From NCBI GenBank assembly GCA_951406725.2, contig OX597843.1:21097124-21161123 (forward strand): a stretch of 64,000 nt of DNA. The letters are read 5' to 3'. Both the position numbers and the translations under genes were made by a program. Numbering within the stretch: the first letter of the stretch is position 1; each line of letters begins with the position of its first letter. Under the pieces are notes generated by a model. The model saw only the letters and a program-made list of their open reading frames with translations. It had not been told where the DNA came from and did not search any database. The stretch comes from Octopus vulgaris. Lineage: Eukaryota. Of this stretch, positions 1-13,559 are shown one piece after another.

Positions 1-100
1 AACCACTAAGTGAGGGGACATCAACAAGCGATGTCAAGCGATGTTGGGGGGACAAACACAGACATACAAACACACGCGCACACACAAACACACACACACA
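1..100 (-). mobile_element. Internal fragment of tRNA-derived SINE (same family as 6009-6417)
   Basis: Matches the reverse complement of the SINE body (…gtgtctgtgtttgtcccccc…cacttagtggtt) and the paralog at 36360. Confidence 0.75.
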
Positions 101-250
101 CACGCAGAATGAGATACTTTTATCTATGGGCTGAAACAGCTGCAAGTTATTTTACTAATTTATATTCATGTTGTTCAATAATTACTTGTATACTTTTCTT
201 ATATGCTATATGTATGTATGTTATTATAATTATGTATGTTATTATAATTA

Positions 251-3200
251 GTTTAGATTTCGATTCGACACTCTTCCGGCAGCTCCTGCAACCTGGCTGG
301 TGCCAAACGTAATGCTCTGCACTCCTTTGGACTACATCATCAAGGTCGAGAGAAGAATCCTGACGATTGGGCTACCCAGGATTTTCTTAATTCTAGCCCA
401 GGCCTGCGCAAAAGTAGAGAGGACACTTCAGTGCTGCTGTAAAACGTGGCAGAAAAAATACGGGTGTTAACCGTCACGGGCGATAAGTCCATTGACATTG
501 GCGTCCGATATGGACACCACGGGACACCTCTGACCGTGAGAGGGACATCCATGTCCCATTGGTTAGCTACTGCCTATCTGAAGCTGGGCAGCCCCCAGTT
601 AATAAGTTGCTGACCCGCCACAGGTCGCCTACTTCATTGGGTGCTTGGAGCTAAGAGTTTGACTTGAAAACACTTCAAAATTACATAAGGTCGGCACCAG
701 GCAAACAACTAAAAGACAAGAAACCACCAGTCCTACGGTTAGGAAGCTGGAATGTCAGGGCCATGTGCCCTGGTATATCTGATGATCTACTCAGGGTTGA
801 AGACACAAGAAAGGCGGTCATCATTGACCATGAACTAGAGAGGATTAACATAGACACTGCTGGGCTGCAGGAGACAAGACTCCCTTCAAACAGCAAACTC
901 AAAGAACAGGATTTCACCTTCTTTTGGCAGGGAAGCGTTCCAGAAGAACCTCGTCAGCATGGCGTTGGCTTTGCAGCGAGAAACTCATTACTCTCCTCAA
1001 TAGAACCACCATCAGGAGACACTGAGCGTATCCTCTCACTGCGCCTCTCGACTTCTTCTGGCTCAGTACATCTACCCAGCTTCTATGCTCCCGCTGTCTA
1101 CGGCTCAGAGGAGACCAAGTACCAGTTCTATAAAGATCTCAACTGTGTCATTAAAAATATACCAACAAATGAAAACATCTACCTTTTAGGAGATTTTCTC
1201 GCTCGCGTGGGATCTGATCATGATTCGTGGCCCATTTGTGTTGGACACCCTGATATTGGCAACATGAATGACAATGGTGAGAGACTACTTGAATTTTGCA
1301 CATACCATAACCTGTGCATCACCAACACATTATTTGCCAACAAGACATCCCACAAGACATCTTGGAGACATTCAAGATCTCACTACTGGCATCAGCTGGA
1401 TCTCATTATCACACGAAGTTCCTTTCCGAATTCTATTCAACTCACCCGTACTTACCACAGCACGGATTGTGTCACAGATCACTCACTAATTAGAAGCAGG
1501 GTGACGATCCTGCTTAAAAAGTCCATCACTCCAAGAAAATGGGCCGACCACGCATTAACACTGCCAGAACCTCGGACCCTACACTGCGAACATGTTTTGC
1601 TGTTTCTATCAAGTTTGCCCTCAGTAGCTGCCCAACCTCCTCTGCTGAAAGTAGTTGGAATTATATCAGGAAAGCTTTGTATACCACATCAATAGATACT
1701 TTCGGCATGAGAGAAAGGCAAGATCGAGATTAGTTCAGAGCTGGAACCAGTTATCGAAGCAAAGCGTGTAGCTCTGATGCAATACAAGAGTGATTCTTCT
1801 ACAAAATCACTCGAAGAACTCAGAAAGGCAAAATATATAACCCAACTGACAGTCAGACATTGTGCAAATAGGTATTGGCAGGAAATCTGTCAGAGTATCC
1901 AGTCAGCTGCTGACAGGGGCGACACCCGTGGGATGTATGCCGGTTTGAAGAAGGCCCTCGGTCCATCCGCAACCAAGTCAGCTCCTCTGAAATCAACTAC
2001 TGGAGATCTCATCAAGGACCAAAGGAAGCAAATGGATAGATGGGTGGAATACTACCAGGATCTCTACTCACGGCAGACCACGGTAGCTGAGGTTGCAATC
2101 GAGAGTGTCAAGATCTTGCAAGTTATGAGCGAACTTGACATTCCGCCATCTATAGAAGAGCTATAGACGCCCTAGAAAGGGTATTGAAACCTTAGCAAGT
2201 AGCAAATCTCCGGGAAAAGACGGCATCCACTCAGAGATCATCAAAGCCGGCAAAAACACAATCCTGCTTCGGCACCTTCATGAGCTTCTGTATCAGTGCT
2301 GGGAAGAGCGTACAGTCTCTCAGGATATGCGTGATGCTAACATCATTACGCTTTACAAAAACAAAGGTGACCGTGGTGATTGTAACAATTACCGTGGAAT
2401 ATCTCACCTACGTACTGTTGGAAGGACCTTTGCTCGCGTTATCCTGTCCAGGCTACAACTGCTTACTTTTCGAATTTATCCGAAATCGCAGTCTGGCTTT
2501 AAAAGAAGCTGATCAACTACTGACATGATATTCTCCATACGCCAACTTCAGGAGAAGTCCAGAGAACAGAAAATGCCATTATATATGACCTTCATTGATC
2601 TGACAAAGGCCTTTGACTCTGAAAGTAGAAAAGGCCTCTTCATCCTGCTCCAAAAAATCGAATGTCCACCAAAGCTGCTGAGGATCATCAAATCTTTCCA
2701 TGATGATATGCAAGGCACCATACAGCACAATGGATCAACATCAGCCGCCTTCCAAATAAAATACGGAGTAAAGCAAGGTTGTGTCCTTGTTCCTACATTA
2801 TTTAGCATCTTCTCGTTGCTGCTCTCACATGCCTCTCAGACATCAAATGATGGAGTGTTTCTGCAGAGTAGAAGTGACGGGAGACTGTTCAGTCTCTCGC
2901 GCCTGCGTGGCAAGACCAAAATAAGAAGCGTCCTGATCAAAGAAATGATGCAGCTCTGGTATCACACACAGAAGAAGCCCTACAAAGGCTCATCACCTGT
3001 TGTGAGCAGGCATGTAAAGACTTTGGCTTACCTATCAGCCTCAAGAAGACCAACGTCATGGGTCGGGCTACACCGGACATCCCAAACATACATATTGGAG
3101 ACCACAGATTACAGGAGGTGGGGAAGTTTTACCTATCTTGGCGCTACCAACACCTACAACCTATCCCTTGATGCTGAGCTCAATATACGCATTGTCAAGG

Positions 3201-3943
3201 CAGCTGCTGTGATGACCCAACTCTCTCTCCAAACGGGCATGGGACAACAATAAGCTGACCAAGAACACAAAAATGAAGATTTACCAGGCATGTGTACTTA
3301 GCACTCTACTGTATAGAAGTGAGACTTGGACGCTATACACACGCCAAGAGCGTCGCCTAAATATCTTTCATTTGCGCTGCCTCCGGAAAATCCTTCGCAT
3401 CAGATGGCATAACCATCTCCCCAACAAAGATGTCCTCAAGCAAGCAGGAATACTAAGCATGTTTGCACTCCTCACACAAAGACGTATGAGATGGCTTGGG
3501 CATGTTAGCCGTATGAAAGATGGCAGAATCCCCAAGGACATACTCTACGGAGAGCTTGCTAGGGGCACTAGGTCTGTGGGAAGACCGCTCTTACGTTACA
3601 AGGATATTTGCAAAAGGGTAATAAATGCCTGCAACATCAATATTACCAACTGTCAAGCAGTTGCCAGCAACCGTAGAGATTGTCGACGTACCGTAAAAGA
3701 GGGAGTGACAGAGAGAGGAGAAATGGAACTACAAGAAAATATGTCAACAAGAAATTATGACATTACAACCAGCCAGGCAAAGTCTTCGCTACATTTGCGG
3801 TGCCTGCCGGAGGGAGTGTTTGTCCAGGATAGGACTACACAGCCACAGCAGGAGATGTATTAGGATATGAAATGTAAAAACCGGACTAGATTATTTTATG
3901 CGCAACTCCATTGTCTCCCGAGACAAAAAGGATGCCAACAACA
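251..3943 (+). mobile_element. Full-length RTE-clade (BovB-like) LINE, inactivated
   Basis: APE endonuclease motifs (GSWNVR, LQETR, GVGF, LLGDF, LDLII, TDH). RT motifs (YKNKGDRGDCNNYRGIS, FIDLTKAFDS, GVKQGCVL). C-terminus RMRWLGHV..MKDGRIPKDILYGEL. 3' stem-loop plus (CAA)n tail. Candidate TSD ATTATAATTA at 241-250 and 3944-3953. Several frameshifts and stops. Confidence 0.95.
664..3863 (+). pseudogene. Disrupted endonuclease/reverse transcriptase ORF of the RTE element
   Basis: ORF pieces 664..1695, 1777..2166, 2327..2512, 2525..3253 and 3273..3863 in different frames. The catalytic FADD region is lost near 2945. Confidence 0.92.
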
Positions 3944-4037
3944 ATTATAATTATCAGTTACACAAATAAATAAGTTAATATTTCTAATGTCCTAAAGTTG
4001 ATGAACCAACTATTGTTCTCCTCCATTTTCTTACGTG

Positions 4038-4046
4038 CTATATATA

Positions 4047-4142
<96 letters not shown>

Positions 4143-4170
4143 GTATATCTATGTATGTATGTATATATGA
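4038..4170. repeat. (TA)n microsatellite
   Basis: Direct reading. Paralog at 41114-41240. Confidence 0.95.
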
Positions 4171-5082
4171 GGAGGCAAATCTATAGGTAAATTTGTTGTT
4201 CACAATGCACCATAATTAAAAAAACTTGTAATTGGTTTTAAATAACCTTATTTACATACATACAAAACTAGTTTCAACAATATTTTGGGTTTATCAATGG
4301 TAAAAATTTAAAATAATGAACGAAAAAAACATGTTTCAATGTTTACAAGTTTCAGTAATATGAAATATGATTTAAATATTCATAACATTCAATAATATAA
4401 AAGATGTGGAATATCTTGGTTAAAAGCATAAAATTCAAAAGATTGATAAGAAATGTGTATCATCAGAGTTTCGGCCATACAGGGTAAAGAAGGAGAAAAA
4501 CAAGGGAATAATTGAGATAGTGGAATAAGGGAAATCTTTGAGCACAGTCCCTGTGAATCATTTTCCGTCGTGTGCTTGTAACGGCGTTTTTTGGAATTGG
4601 ATGTGTTTACAATTTTTTTCCGTGAACCGATCTGATATTTGCTTCATCAAATTACAAGTGACCTCTAATTTTTCTGGTGGGCAAGGTTGTGGTTCTGCCT
4701 GATGGGCTTCCCATTGGGGGACGGGCATAAGCCATTCCAGTTGATTGATTCTCTTAAAGCGTCACTTTGTTGTGTTTGCTCAAGTTCGGTTCTGATCAGA
4801 TGTAAAATTTCAATGATTTATGTGACATCAGCAACTGGTGTTTATATGGTGGTATTGTATGGCGATTTGGATTTGCTATTTCGAAATCCGCGTTGAAGAC
4901 TGTTACTAAAGATTTTTGAATTATGTCTGTTGTATCTCAGTTTTTTATTGTGGAAAAATTGTTTCTTTTTCCTTTTTCTGTTTAGTGTTTAAACAGAGGT
5001 GAATAAGAGAGAATGAATTAAACGATATTCTTTATTCTAAAACACTACCATTGTATATTGTTCAGATGATATAATTAATATA

Positions 5083-5360
5083 TAGCGCATGGCTCTGTGG
5101 TTAGAGCGTGGAGCTTATAATCGTGCTGCGTGTTGAGTTCTTGAGCAAGACCCTTTCTTTCGCGTTGCTCCAGTTCAATCAGCTGTAAAAATGAGTTGCG
5201 ACGACACAGGTTCCAAGTTGTATCAGCCTCTTTGCCTTTCCCTTAGATAGAGAGGGGAGGCCGATATGCTGGTCTTCCATAAACAACATTGCCCGGACTT
5301 GTGCCTGGGAGGGTACTTTTTAGGTGCAATCCCACGGTCAGTCATGACCACGGGGATCTC
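5083..5360 (+). mobile_element. Degenerate tRNA-derived SINE (CORE-like body)
   Basis: A-box-like 'tggctctgtggttagagc' followed by 'cttgagcaagac…gctccagttca' body. Paralog at about 42168-42445. Confidence 0.6.
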
Positions 5361-5609
5361 AGCTTAATTCTTACCATATATCGTAGGAGTAAAGTATGCT
5401 TTTAGGTGAGTATTTCAATAAGTTCTACGTTAGATCAAACTATCATTTCACAGACACATGTTCCACCTTTGATGAATGGCAGTGATCACACAAGATATTA
5501 ACCATATTATCACACATGGAATACGGGTGTGATGTGTTGACACAATTGCAGGGATATGGAATAAAGAATGTCGTTGAAACCATTCGCTTATTACTCATCA
5601 GTTTCGTAT

Positions 5610-5733
5610 ATATGCATGTATGTATGTATGTATGTATGTATGTATGTATGTATGTATGTATGTATGTATGTATGTATGCATGCATGCATGCATGTATGCA
5701 TGCATGTATGTAAGTATGTATGTATGTATGTAT
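5610..5733. repeat. (TATG)n/(CATG)n microsatellite
   Basis: Direct reading. Longer paralog at 42695-42842. Confidence 0.95.
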
Positions 5734-6008
5734 ATACCATTCTTTCGTCTTTTACTTGTTTCAGTAAGTTGATTACTTTGCAGCAGGAGAATCACCTTAA
5801 AGTATGTAACTCGAACGAATCGAGACCACTAACTATTCTCTTAAACCCTGGTAGTTACCCTGTCGGCCGCTTATGCGAAATCGCTAACTGACGAGGAATT
5901 AAACGCACTAACATAGGTTGTGAAGAAGTAGTGAGTACAAACATAGAGACTAAGTCACACACCTACTCGCACACATATGTACATTATATGAATATATATA
6001 TATTTATA

Positions 6009-6417
6009 GGCGCAGGAGTGGCTGTGTGGTAAGTAGCTTGCTTACCAACCACATGGTTCCGGGTTCAGTCCCACTGCGTGGCATCTTGGGCAAGTGTCTT
6101 CTACTATAGCCTCGGGCCGACCAAAGCCTTGTGAGTGGATTTATTAGACGGAAAAGGAAAAGAAGCGCGTCGTATATATGTATATATATATGCGTGTGTG
6201 TGTATGTTTGTGTGTCTGTGTTTGTCCCCCTAGCATTGCTTGACCACCGATGCTGGTGTGTTTACGTCGCTTTCAATTAGCGGTTCGGGAAAAGGGACCG
6301 ATAGAATAAGTACTGGGCTTACAAAGAATAAGTCCCGGGGTCGATTTGCTTGACTAAAAGGCGGTGCTCCAGCGTGGCCGCAGTCAAATGACTGAAACAA
6401 GTAAAAGAGTAAAGAGT
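6009..6417 (+). mobile_element. Full-length tRNA-derived SINE with CORE-like segment and internal (TA)/(TG) tract
   Basis: A box 'tggctgtgtggtaag', B box 'gggttcagtccc', 'cttgggcaagtgtctt', tail 'gaaacaagtaaaagagtaaagag'. Further copies at 33307, 36228 (-) and 43117. Confidence 0.9.
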
Positions 6418-6419
6418 AT

Positions 6420-6750
6420 ATGCAAGAGTTACGACTCTACTCCATGGAGCGAAAACCGGAGAGGTATGTAGTGATATGTGTGGAAGTTACTAGGGAATCT
6501 GGTATCAAACTTTGGAATTCAGAATTATACCAGACCTCAAATTGGACGTCACTGCACGGTTCCAAAAGTCCGGCTCTCTCATTTAATATTAGGAGAATGT
6601 ACTGCAATAGTTTGGAGTTCAAGTGCTCACAGATATTTAACGCCTTGCCAACACATATGAGGAGTGGGTGTAGATGTTTCAAGATACCACTTGACCTCTT
6701 GCTATCCAAGTGAACCAATATCAGGGCAGGAAACTCAAAAGACTGCAACG
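6420..6750 (+). pseudogene. 3' fragment of CR1-like LINE ORF2
   Basis: Spliced across frames: LRLYSMERKPERY..WKLL..VSNFGI…GRHC…CNSL..QIFNALP, typical of a CR1-group C-terminus. Paralog at 43528-43860. Confidence 0.65.
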
Positions 6751-6835
6751 GCAGCGAACTCCGGTCAATCCCATAAACTCGGCCAGTCGAATAAAAGAAT
6801 GAAGGTTTGAAAATGCAATTTTAAAAGGTGTTTAT

Positions 6836-6881
6836 TTACTTGACCGGTTTCACTCTCTTAGAAAAAGATTGTCAAAAGTAA
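6836..6881 (-). ncRNA. Minimal type I hammerhead-like motif (UUGACAA core)
   Basis: Reverse complement reads ttactt-TTGACAA-tctttttctaagagagt-GAAA-CCGG-TC-aagtaa. Helix I is perfect, helix III is palindromic, and the first helix II pair is a U.U mismatch. Confidence 0.55.
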
Positions 6882-7417
6882 CATGTAAAAGCTTTGTTGT
6901 GTTAGGTACTGGTTGTCTACAATACATACACACATTCTTTGATAATAATATGAACATTTAGGTAGTATATAAATGTACAATGAGGGAGATATGTTTAGTT
7001 TGAACTGAACTGATTCACCATATTATTGTAAAAGCTTTTACGATAATATGGTGAATCAGGTCCGTTGAAACTAAACATATATCCCTCATCGTACATTTAT
7101 ATACTACCAAAATGTAACCTTTTTGAACTTATAATTTTCTGTGTGTATATATACAGATACAACACCAATTTTCCTCTGAACATTTTAATAATTCTTTCTG
7201 TAAACTGTTTTAACATTCTCTCTTTATTATCAAATAATGCATATATGTATTGTAATATTTTGTACCCAATATTTTAATGAAGTTGTCAAATTTCTTTTAT
7301 ATTTTCCCAAGAAGTTCATATTCAAGATTAACATATTCTTATTATTATTAAAGAGAGTATATATGTATTGTAATACTTTGTGACAACCAGTACCTAACAC
7401 AACAAAGCGTTTACATG

Positions 7418-7462
7418 TTGCTTTTGACAATTCTTTTTAAATAAGTGAAACCGGTCAAGTAA
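7418..7462 (+). ncRNA. Minimal type I hammerhead-like motif (UUGACAA core)
   Basis: ttgctt-TTGACAA-ttctttttaaataagt-GAAA-CCGG-TC-aagtaa. Confidence 0.5.
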
Positions 7463-7649
7463 ATACATATTTTTTATCATTGCATTTTCAAACCTTCTTT
7501 CATATATAATTCCACTCGTGGGGTACCTTACAACTCGAAACATTACTCTACGACAGTGGGTCGTACGTAATGTTTCGAGTGTATGGGCGCACGAATAAAT
7601 CACAGCTTAATAAAGAGCAAGTTCATCATATTTTCCGACATCCTCGGTA

Positions 7650-8020
7650 TTGTACATTGGGAGATTATTCAGGGAGGACGTTTGGAGAAAATGACCGGAT
7701 CTGGATTCGCGAAGTATTGAATTTTTCACGACAAAAATGCACCTATCAACTCACTCGTAAGTTTCTTGCCAAAAACAACATGCAACTGCGTCCACATCAG
7801 CCCTATTCGCCAGATTTACCTCCTGCTGACATGCATCCGTTTCTCAAGATGAAAAATCAGCTCAGAGGTCGAGATTAAGAGCAAACTTATCATCATTGTC
7901 GAAGTCAAGAGGTCCTCGACTCGCCTATGGAAACTAAGTCCAGGTCGGATTTCGGAAAGTGTCAGAAAAGCTGGGGCAGTTGTATTATTGCTTAGGTAAA
8001 ATGAGTTACTTTTATTAAAC
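7650..8020 (+). pseudogene. Mariner transposase C-terminal remnant
   Basis: RKFLAKNNMQLRPHQPYSPDLPPAD..FLKMKNQLRG contains the mariner YSPDL motif. Paralog at about 44760-45130. Confidence 0.8.
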
Positions 8021-8446
8021 ATGGCTCCTTCAGTAACTTTATATATACGACGGGTTTCCTTCAGTTACCGTGTACCCAAGTAACTAACATACACGGGTTT
8101 GTTCGGTTGGAAAGCAGAGTACACGCAGAAGGACTGAATACAGAAGCAAAATTCCAATCACACAGCCATGCCAACGCCTAAGCGTATGCACACACAACCA
8201 CACACACACACACATACAAAATACACACACACACGTATGACGGAAATGGAAAATGGATTTTACGTGATACATTAATCATTACTGCTGTTTCAACCCGTCT
8301 TCAATCGGCCCCTCAGGGATGAGATAATGGTCGATTGGCCGCGGTGCATCTTTCTTTGCAGATGTTTCTCATCAGTTGACATTTCAAAAAGTTCTCTGCT
8401 CAATAAACTCGGTTTCACTTGGTTCGATTATAATGTATTTCGTTAG

Positions 8447-8459
8447 TTAATAATAATAA

Positions 8460-8527
<68 letters not shown>
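8447..8527. repeat. (TAA)n microsatellite 5' of the Dong-like element
   Basis: Direct reading. Confidence 0.95.
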
Positions 8528-9697
<1,170 letters not shown>

Positions 9698-10679
9698 TTT
9701 AGTACGAATAAGATGAAGAAGAAGAACAAGAAGAAGAAGAAAACAAGAAGAAGACTAAGAAGAAGAAAAGGAAATAGTAGAAGGTGAAGAAGAAAAACAA
9801 AACAAAGAAAACAAAAACAATAATAACAACGAAGAAGTCGGTGATGAAGAAAAAGTAATATAAGTAGCAAGAAAACAAACAAGATGGACAAGCAAAACAA
9901 TAACAAGAAAATTGGGAATGAGGATAGAAATGATAATAAAAATTATCAGACATACACACAGACACAAACGTACGAGGGATACACCAAACGTTGTTTTATG
10001 TTGTGGACGACTAGCTACATTAACATCCTTCCTAAAGAAATTGAAACTGAATATGCAGCCATCACACTGCACAGTTTGGCCAAATTGCCCCAGCTATAGC
10101 TCACTGTACAAATAGAAAATGACGACTACCAACTTCAGCACGTCATGTAATTGTAGAGTTTAAAATAACTCATGTTATTGAATCAGTATCTCAAAAGAGT
10201 GAGGATGAATATATTTCTATACTTTCTTTCCTTGAAGTGAGTATAACTCTGCATAAATATATATTTCATAATATACCCACCTATAGACACAAATGCAAAC
10301 ATAGATATTCACGTGACAATCGTACACTCATACACAAAATGTTAGACATTTATGCAGACACAAATACTCATAGACACATTCATACACACTCTTACATGAA
10401 AATAGTAGCAGAACATTAGTTAGAGATAGAGAGAGAAAAAGGAAGATGAGAAGACATCACGTTTCCAGGAAAATTTCGTAAATGAAATAATATCAAAGAA
10501 CTTTAGCAACTTACATTGTCTGTAACCTTGGAAGATTTTGAAAGGATTCTTTTATGATGGTTGTGATCTGATTGTACCTGAGATATCTGAAACATAAAAC
10601 ACAGTTCAAAAGAATGAGTATTAAAAAGATTTCTTATAAAATATTAAATCTTGTATCTTTGGAATCATATTAATAAAAA

Positions 10680-11026
10680 GAGGACGATGATGAAGAAAAT
10701 GGCCGAGATGATGTTGATGATGATGATGAGAAGGAGGATTGCGATGTTGATTGTAAATGTTGTAATAATGACGGTGAGAAGGAAAAGGGCGATAATGATG
10801 ATGATTATTATCGAAAAGGATGACAAACGCTACCGATTAATTGGTGATGACGACGTTGATTATTATGATGTTTATAACGAAGGTGATGGTGATTCTGCAT
10901 GCTAGAAATAGCAGAGTAAATGAGGAAAGGAAATAGTTATGATGACATGATAAATTATAACGATTAGTGAATACGAAAATATGATTAGCAGAAGGACTAT
11001 GAATATGATAGCGCTGAAGATGATAC

Positions 11027-11058
<32 letters not shown>

Positions 11059-11457
11059 ATGATGACGACGATGATGGTGACGATGACGATGGTGACGATC
11101 GTGACAATGATGATGATGATGAAAGATGTGATGAAAAATCAGAAATTGATAAGTTTAACGAAAATGTGAAGGAAAATAAATGATTGAACGGATAAATATA
11201 GAGAAGAAGAAGAAGAAGAAGAAGCGAAAATGATTCATGAAGAGAGGAGAAAGCAGTTGAAAAAATTAAAAGCAGAAGAACCAGAATATGATGAACAAGA
11301 TGAATGTAGAGAAAAAGTTGTGATGAAGACGATAAATGCAGGAAAAGAAGATATATTAAGACAAGAAAAATAACGTGGAATATCAGAATGGGGAAACAAG
11401 TGGGAATAAAGGAATATAAATACAAAAACTATAGTCACACATCAAACAAACGCAAAC

Positions 11458-11534
<77 letters not shown>

Positions 11535-12432
11535 CACGTTTATGTATTTGTTTTGCAAGAATTTTGATGTGAAATCGTGTGTTGAAACAGATATTTCTTG
11601 TATTTAGGAAAGGTCATTTTGCCAGTTTAGCCAATAAAAAACACACGCACTATATATTTGGTGTTACTTTGCTTCAGCGTTATTTATTTTTCACATCAAT
11701 CTTACTCTTATTTCGGCCAGAGATCTTTCGTCACGCTCCTGTGACCTCGTCAGTGGTTCATTGCTTTCTTCATTTATATTTGTGTGTCTCTTCTTACTAA
11801 CGGTCAGCCATTTTGTATTTTGTATTTCTATTGTATGTGTCTTTATTTGCGCCTGTGTATACCTCTATATGTGTCTATATTTAGTTAAAGTGTGTGTGTC
11901 TGTGGGAGGGAGTGCCTGTAATATTTGTATCTCCTGTTTATATACGTTCGAAAGAAGATTAAGATTAATGTCAAAAATAAATAACGCTGAATCAAAGTAA
12001 CACCAAATATATAGTGCGTGAGGTTTTATTGGCTAAACTGGCAAAATGACCATTCCTAAATACAACAACAATATATATATATATGTGTGTGTGTGTATGT
12101 GTGTGTGTGTGTGTGTGTGTGTACATACACACATCCACCTATATATACCTTATCAAACCCTGATGTATGAACGCACACACTCACTTCCAGGCCCTCACAT
12201 ATATTCCCACTTTCTTACACACAGGCAAACACAAGTTGCAAGACAATATGAATTGTAGAAGGATGAGGGTAAATAAAGAAGATAAGAGAGACATTTAGTT
12301 TGTGGAAATGACATTGGATGACATATCGAGATCTTATTATGAAGAAGATGACTAACATAAGAGAAAGTTGATGATGAAGAATAGGCCGAAGAAGAAAACA
12401 ACGATGAAGCAGCAGCAGCAGCAGTAGTAGTG

Positions 12433-12484
<52 letters not shown>

Positions 12485-12660
12485 AAGAAGAAGAAGAAGA
12501 AGAAGAAGAATATGATGATGATGATGAAGTTGATGATAATGATGATTAGCAACAACAACAGCAACAACATTAAAACAACAATAAGAGAAGTGGCAGAAAA
12601 TGTAGGAGCTGAAGAAAAGAATGATGTAAAAAATAAGGAGGAAACGAAGGAGTCTGTCAT
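10680..12660. repeat. Purine-rich low-complexity tract ((GAT)n, (GAA)n, (TAG)n, (TA)/(TG)n)
   Basis: Direct reading. It produces the spurious poly-M/L/S/Y ORFs. Confidence 0.85.
11591..12075. mobile_element. MITE/foldback element with terminal inverted repeats of about 120-140 bp
   Basis: tgtatttagg..ggtcattttgccagtttagccaataaaa..cacgcactatatatttggtgttactttg is mirrored by caaagtaacaccaaatatatagtgcgtg..ttttattggctaaactggcaaaatgacc..cctaaataca. Paralog at about 46841-47305. Confidence 0.8.
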
Positions 12661-13559
12661 GAAGAAAACTTAAATATAATATTTCTGATCTTATAATAAT
12701 TCTGCTTGTCGTTATGTTAATTAGTCCGTCGGTAACGCTTTCTCGTGATTAGAGAAAAAGAGGGAAAGAGAAATGTCCATGCCCTGAGGTAGAAGGAACG
12801 TGACTGTAATGCTTTCAAGTGATTAGTTGAATGGAATGAGAGACCGAGAGAAAGAAAAAGGAATGAGAAAACGAAAGTAAGCGGAAGAGTGGGGCAGAAA
12901 GAGAGGGAGAGGGAGAAAAGGGGAGAGAGAAAAAAGCGAGGGAGGAAAATAGGAAGAGGACATGCGGTAGGGGGAACGTAATATTTATTACGTGATGAAA
13001 AAGTTAGTTGAAGGTCGTGATATTGAGGAGGGTTACGAATATAATTTTAGCAGAACGGTGATGTTCTGATGGCGAGATTAAAATAAGGCAGATAGGTAGA
13101 TAAAGAGATTGGTATATAAACTGAGAAAATGAGAGAAAGGGGGAGTGAGAGACGGTGGTAGTGGTGGTAGTGGTTGTGGTGGAAATGGTGATGGTAAGTG
13201 CATAATGCAAAGTAACTTATGAATTGAACTAAATATTTTATATCCCCTATCACTTAACACATGCTCATAAATATTCACACTTATTTACATAGTCATATGT
13301 ACGCCGCATGTATATATATATATTACAATTAAGAAATGTATACGTTATAATTAAAATATATATATTTCAATTAAAATGGAGGTGGACCCAGTAAATTCCA
13401 TCTCTACAAGATCCCGGTTTATGTTTTTACTGCTTCTCATACATTCTGCCGTTGGTTGTGCTTCTGCTACGGCGAGATAGAAATTCGCAGTTTACGGCTA
13501 TTTGGTCCTCGTTCCAATGCTGTGCTTATGTAATAATCAAATTACAAAACTTGACTGAA

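Larger units (their letters stand above)
6793..7502. mobile_element. Head-to-head inverted Penelope-like pLTR remnants with a central spacerless palindrome
   Basis: 74-bp arms 6961-7034/7035-7108. Outer inverted arms about 6793-6955 and 7330-7502, each carrying a minimal hammerhead-like motif (GAAACCGGTC). Paralog at 43902-44612. Confidence 0.7.

Noticed and set aside
251-663. HDV-like ribozyme in the RTE 5' UTR
   Set aside because: Known for some RTE elements, but I could not build a convincing P1/P1.1/P2/P3/P4 fold by eye.
4200-5050. Possible degraded Penelope GIY-YIG 3' end on the minus strand
   Set aside because: Only vague similarity (QHRY.NGKSES…HHINT) and no clean motif or hammerhead.
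8340-8445. Possible host exon after a pyrimidine tract and CAG (…ctttctttgcag)
   Set aside because: No donor site, ORF or homology support, and no host gene can be supported anywhere in the window.
9971-10230. Possible mariner TIR starting TACGAGGG
   Set aside because: No matching inverted end or transposase motif found.
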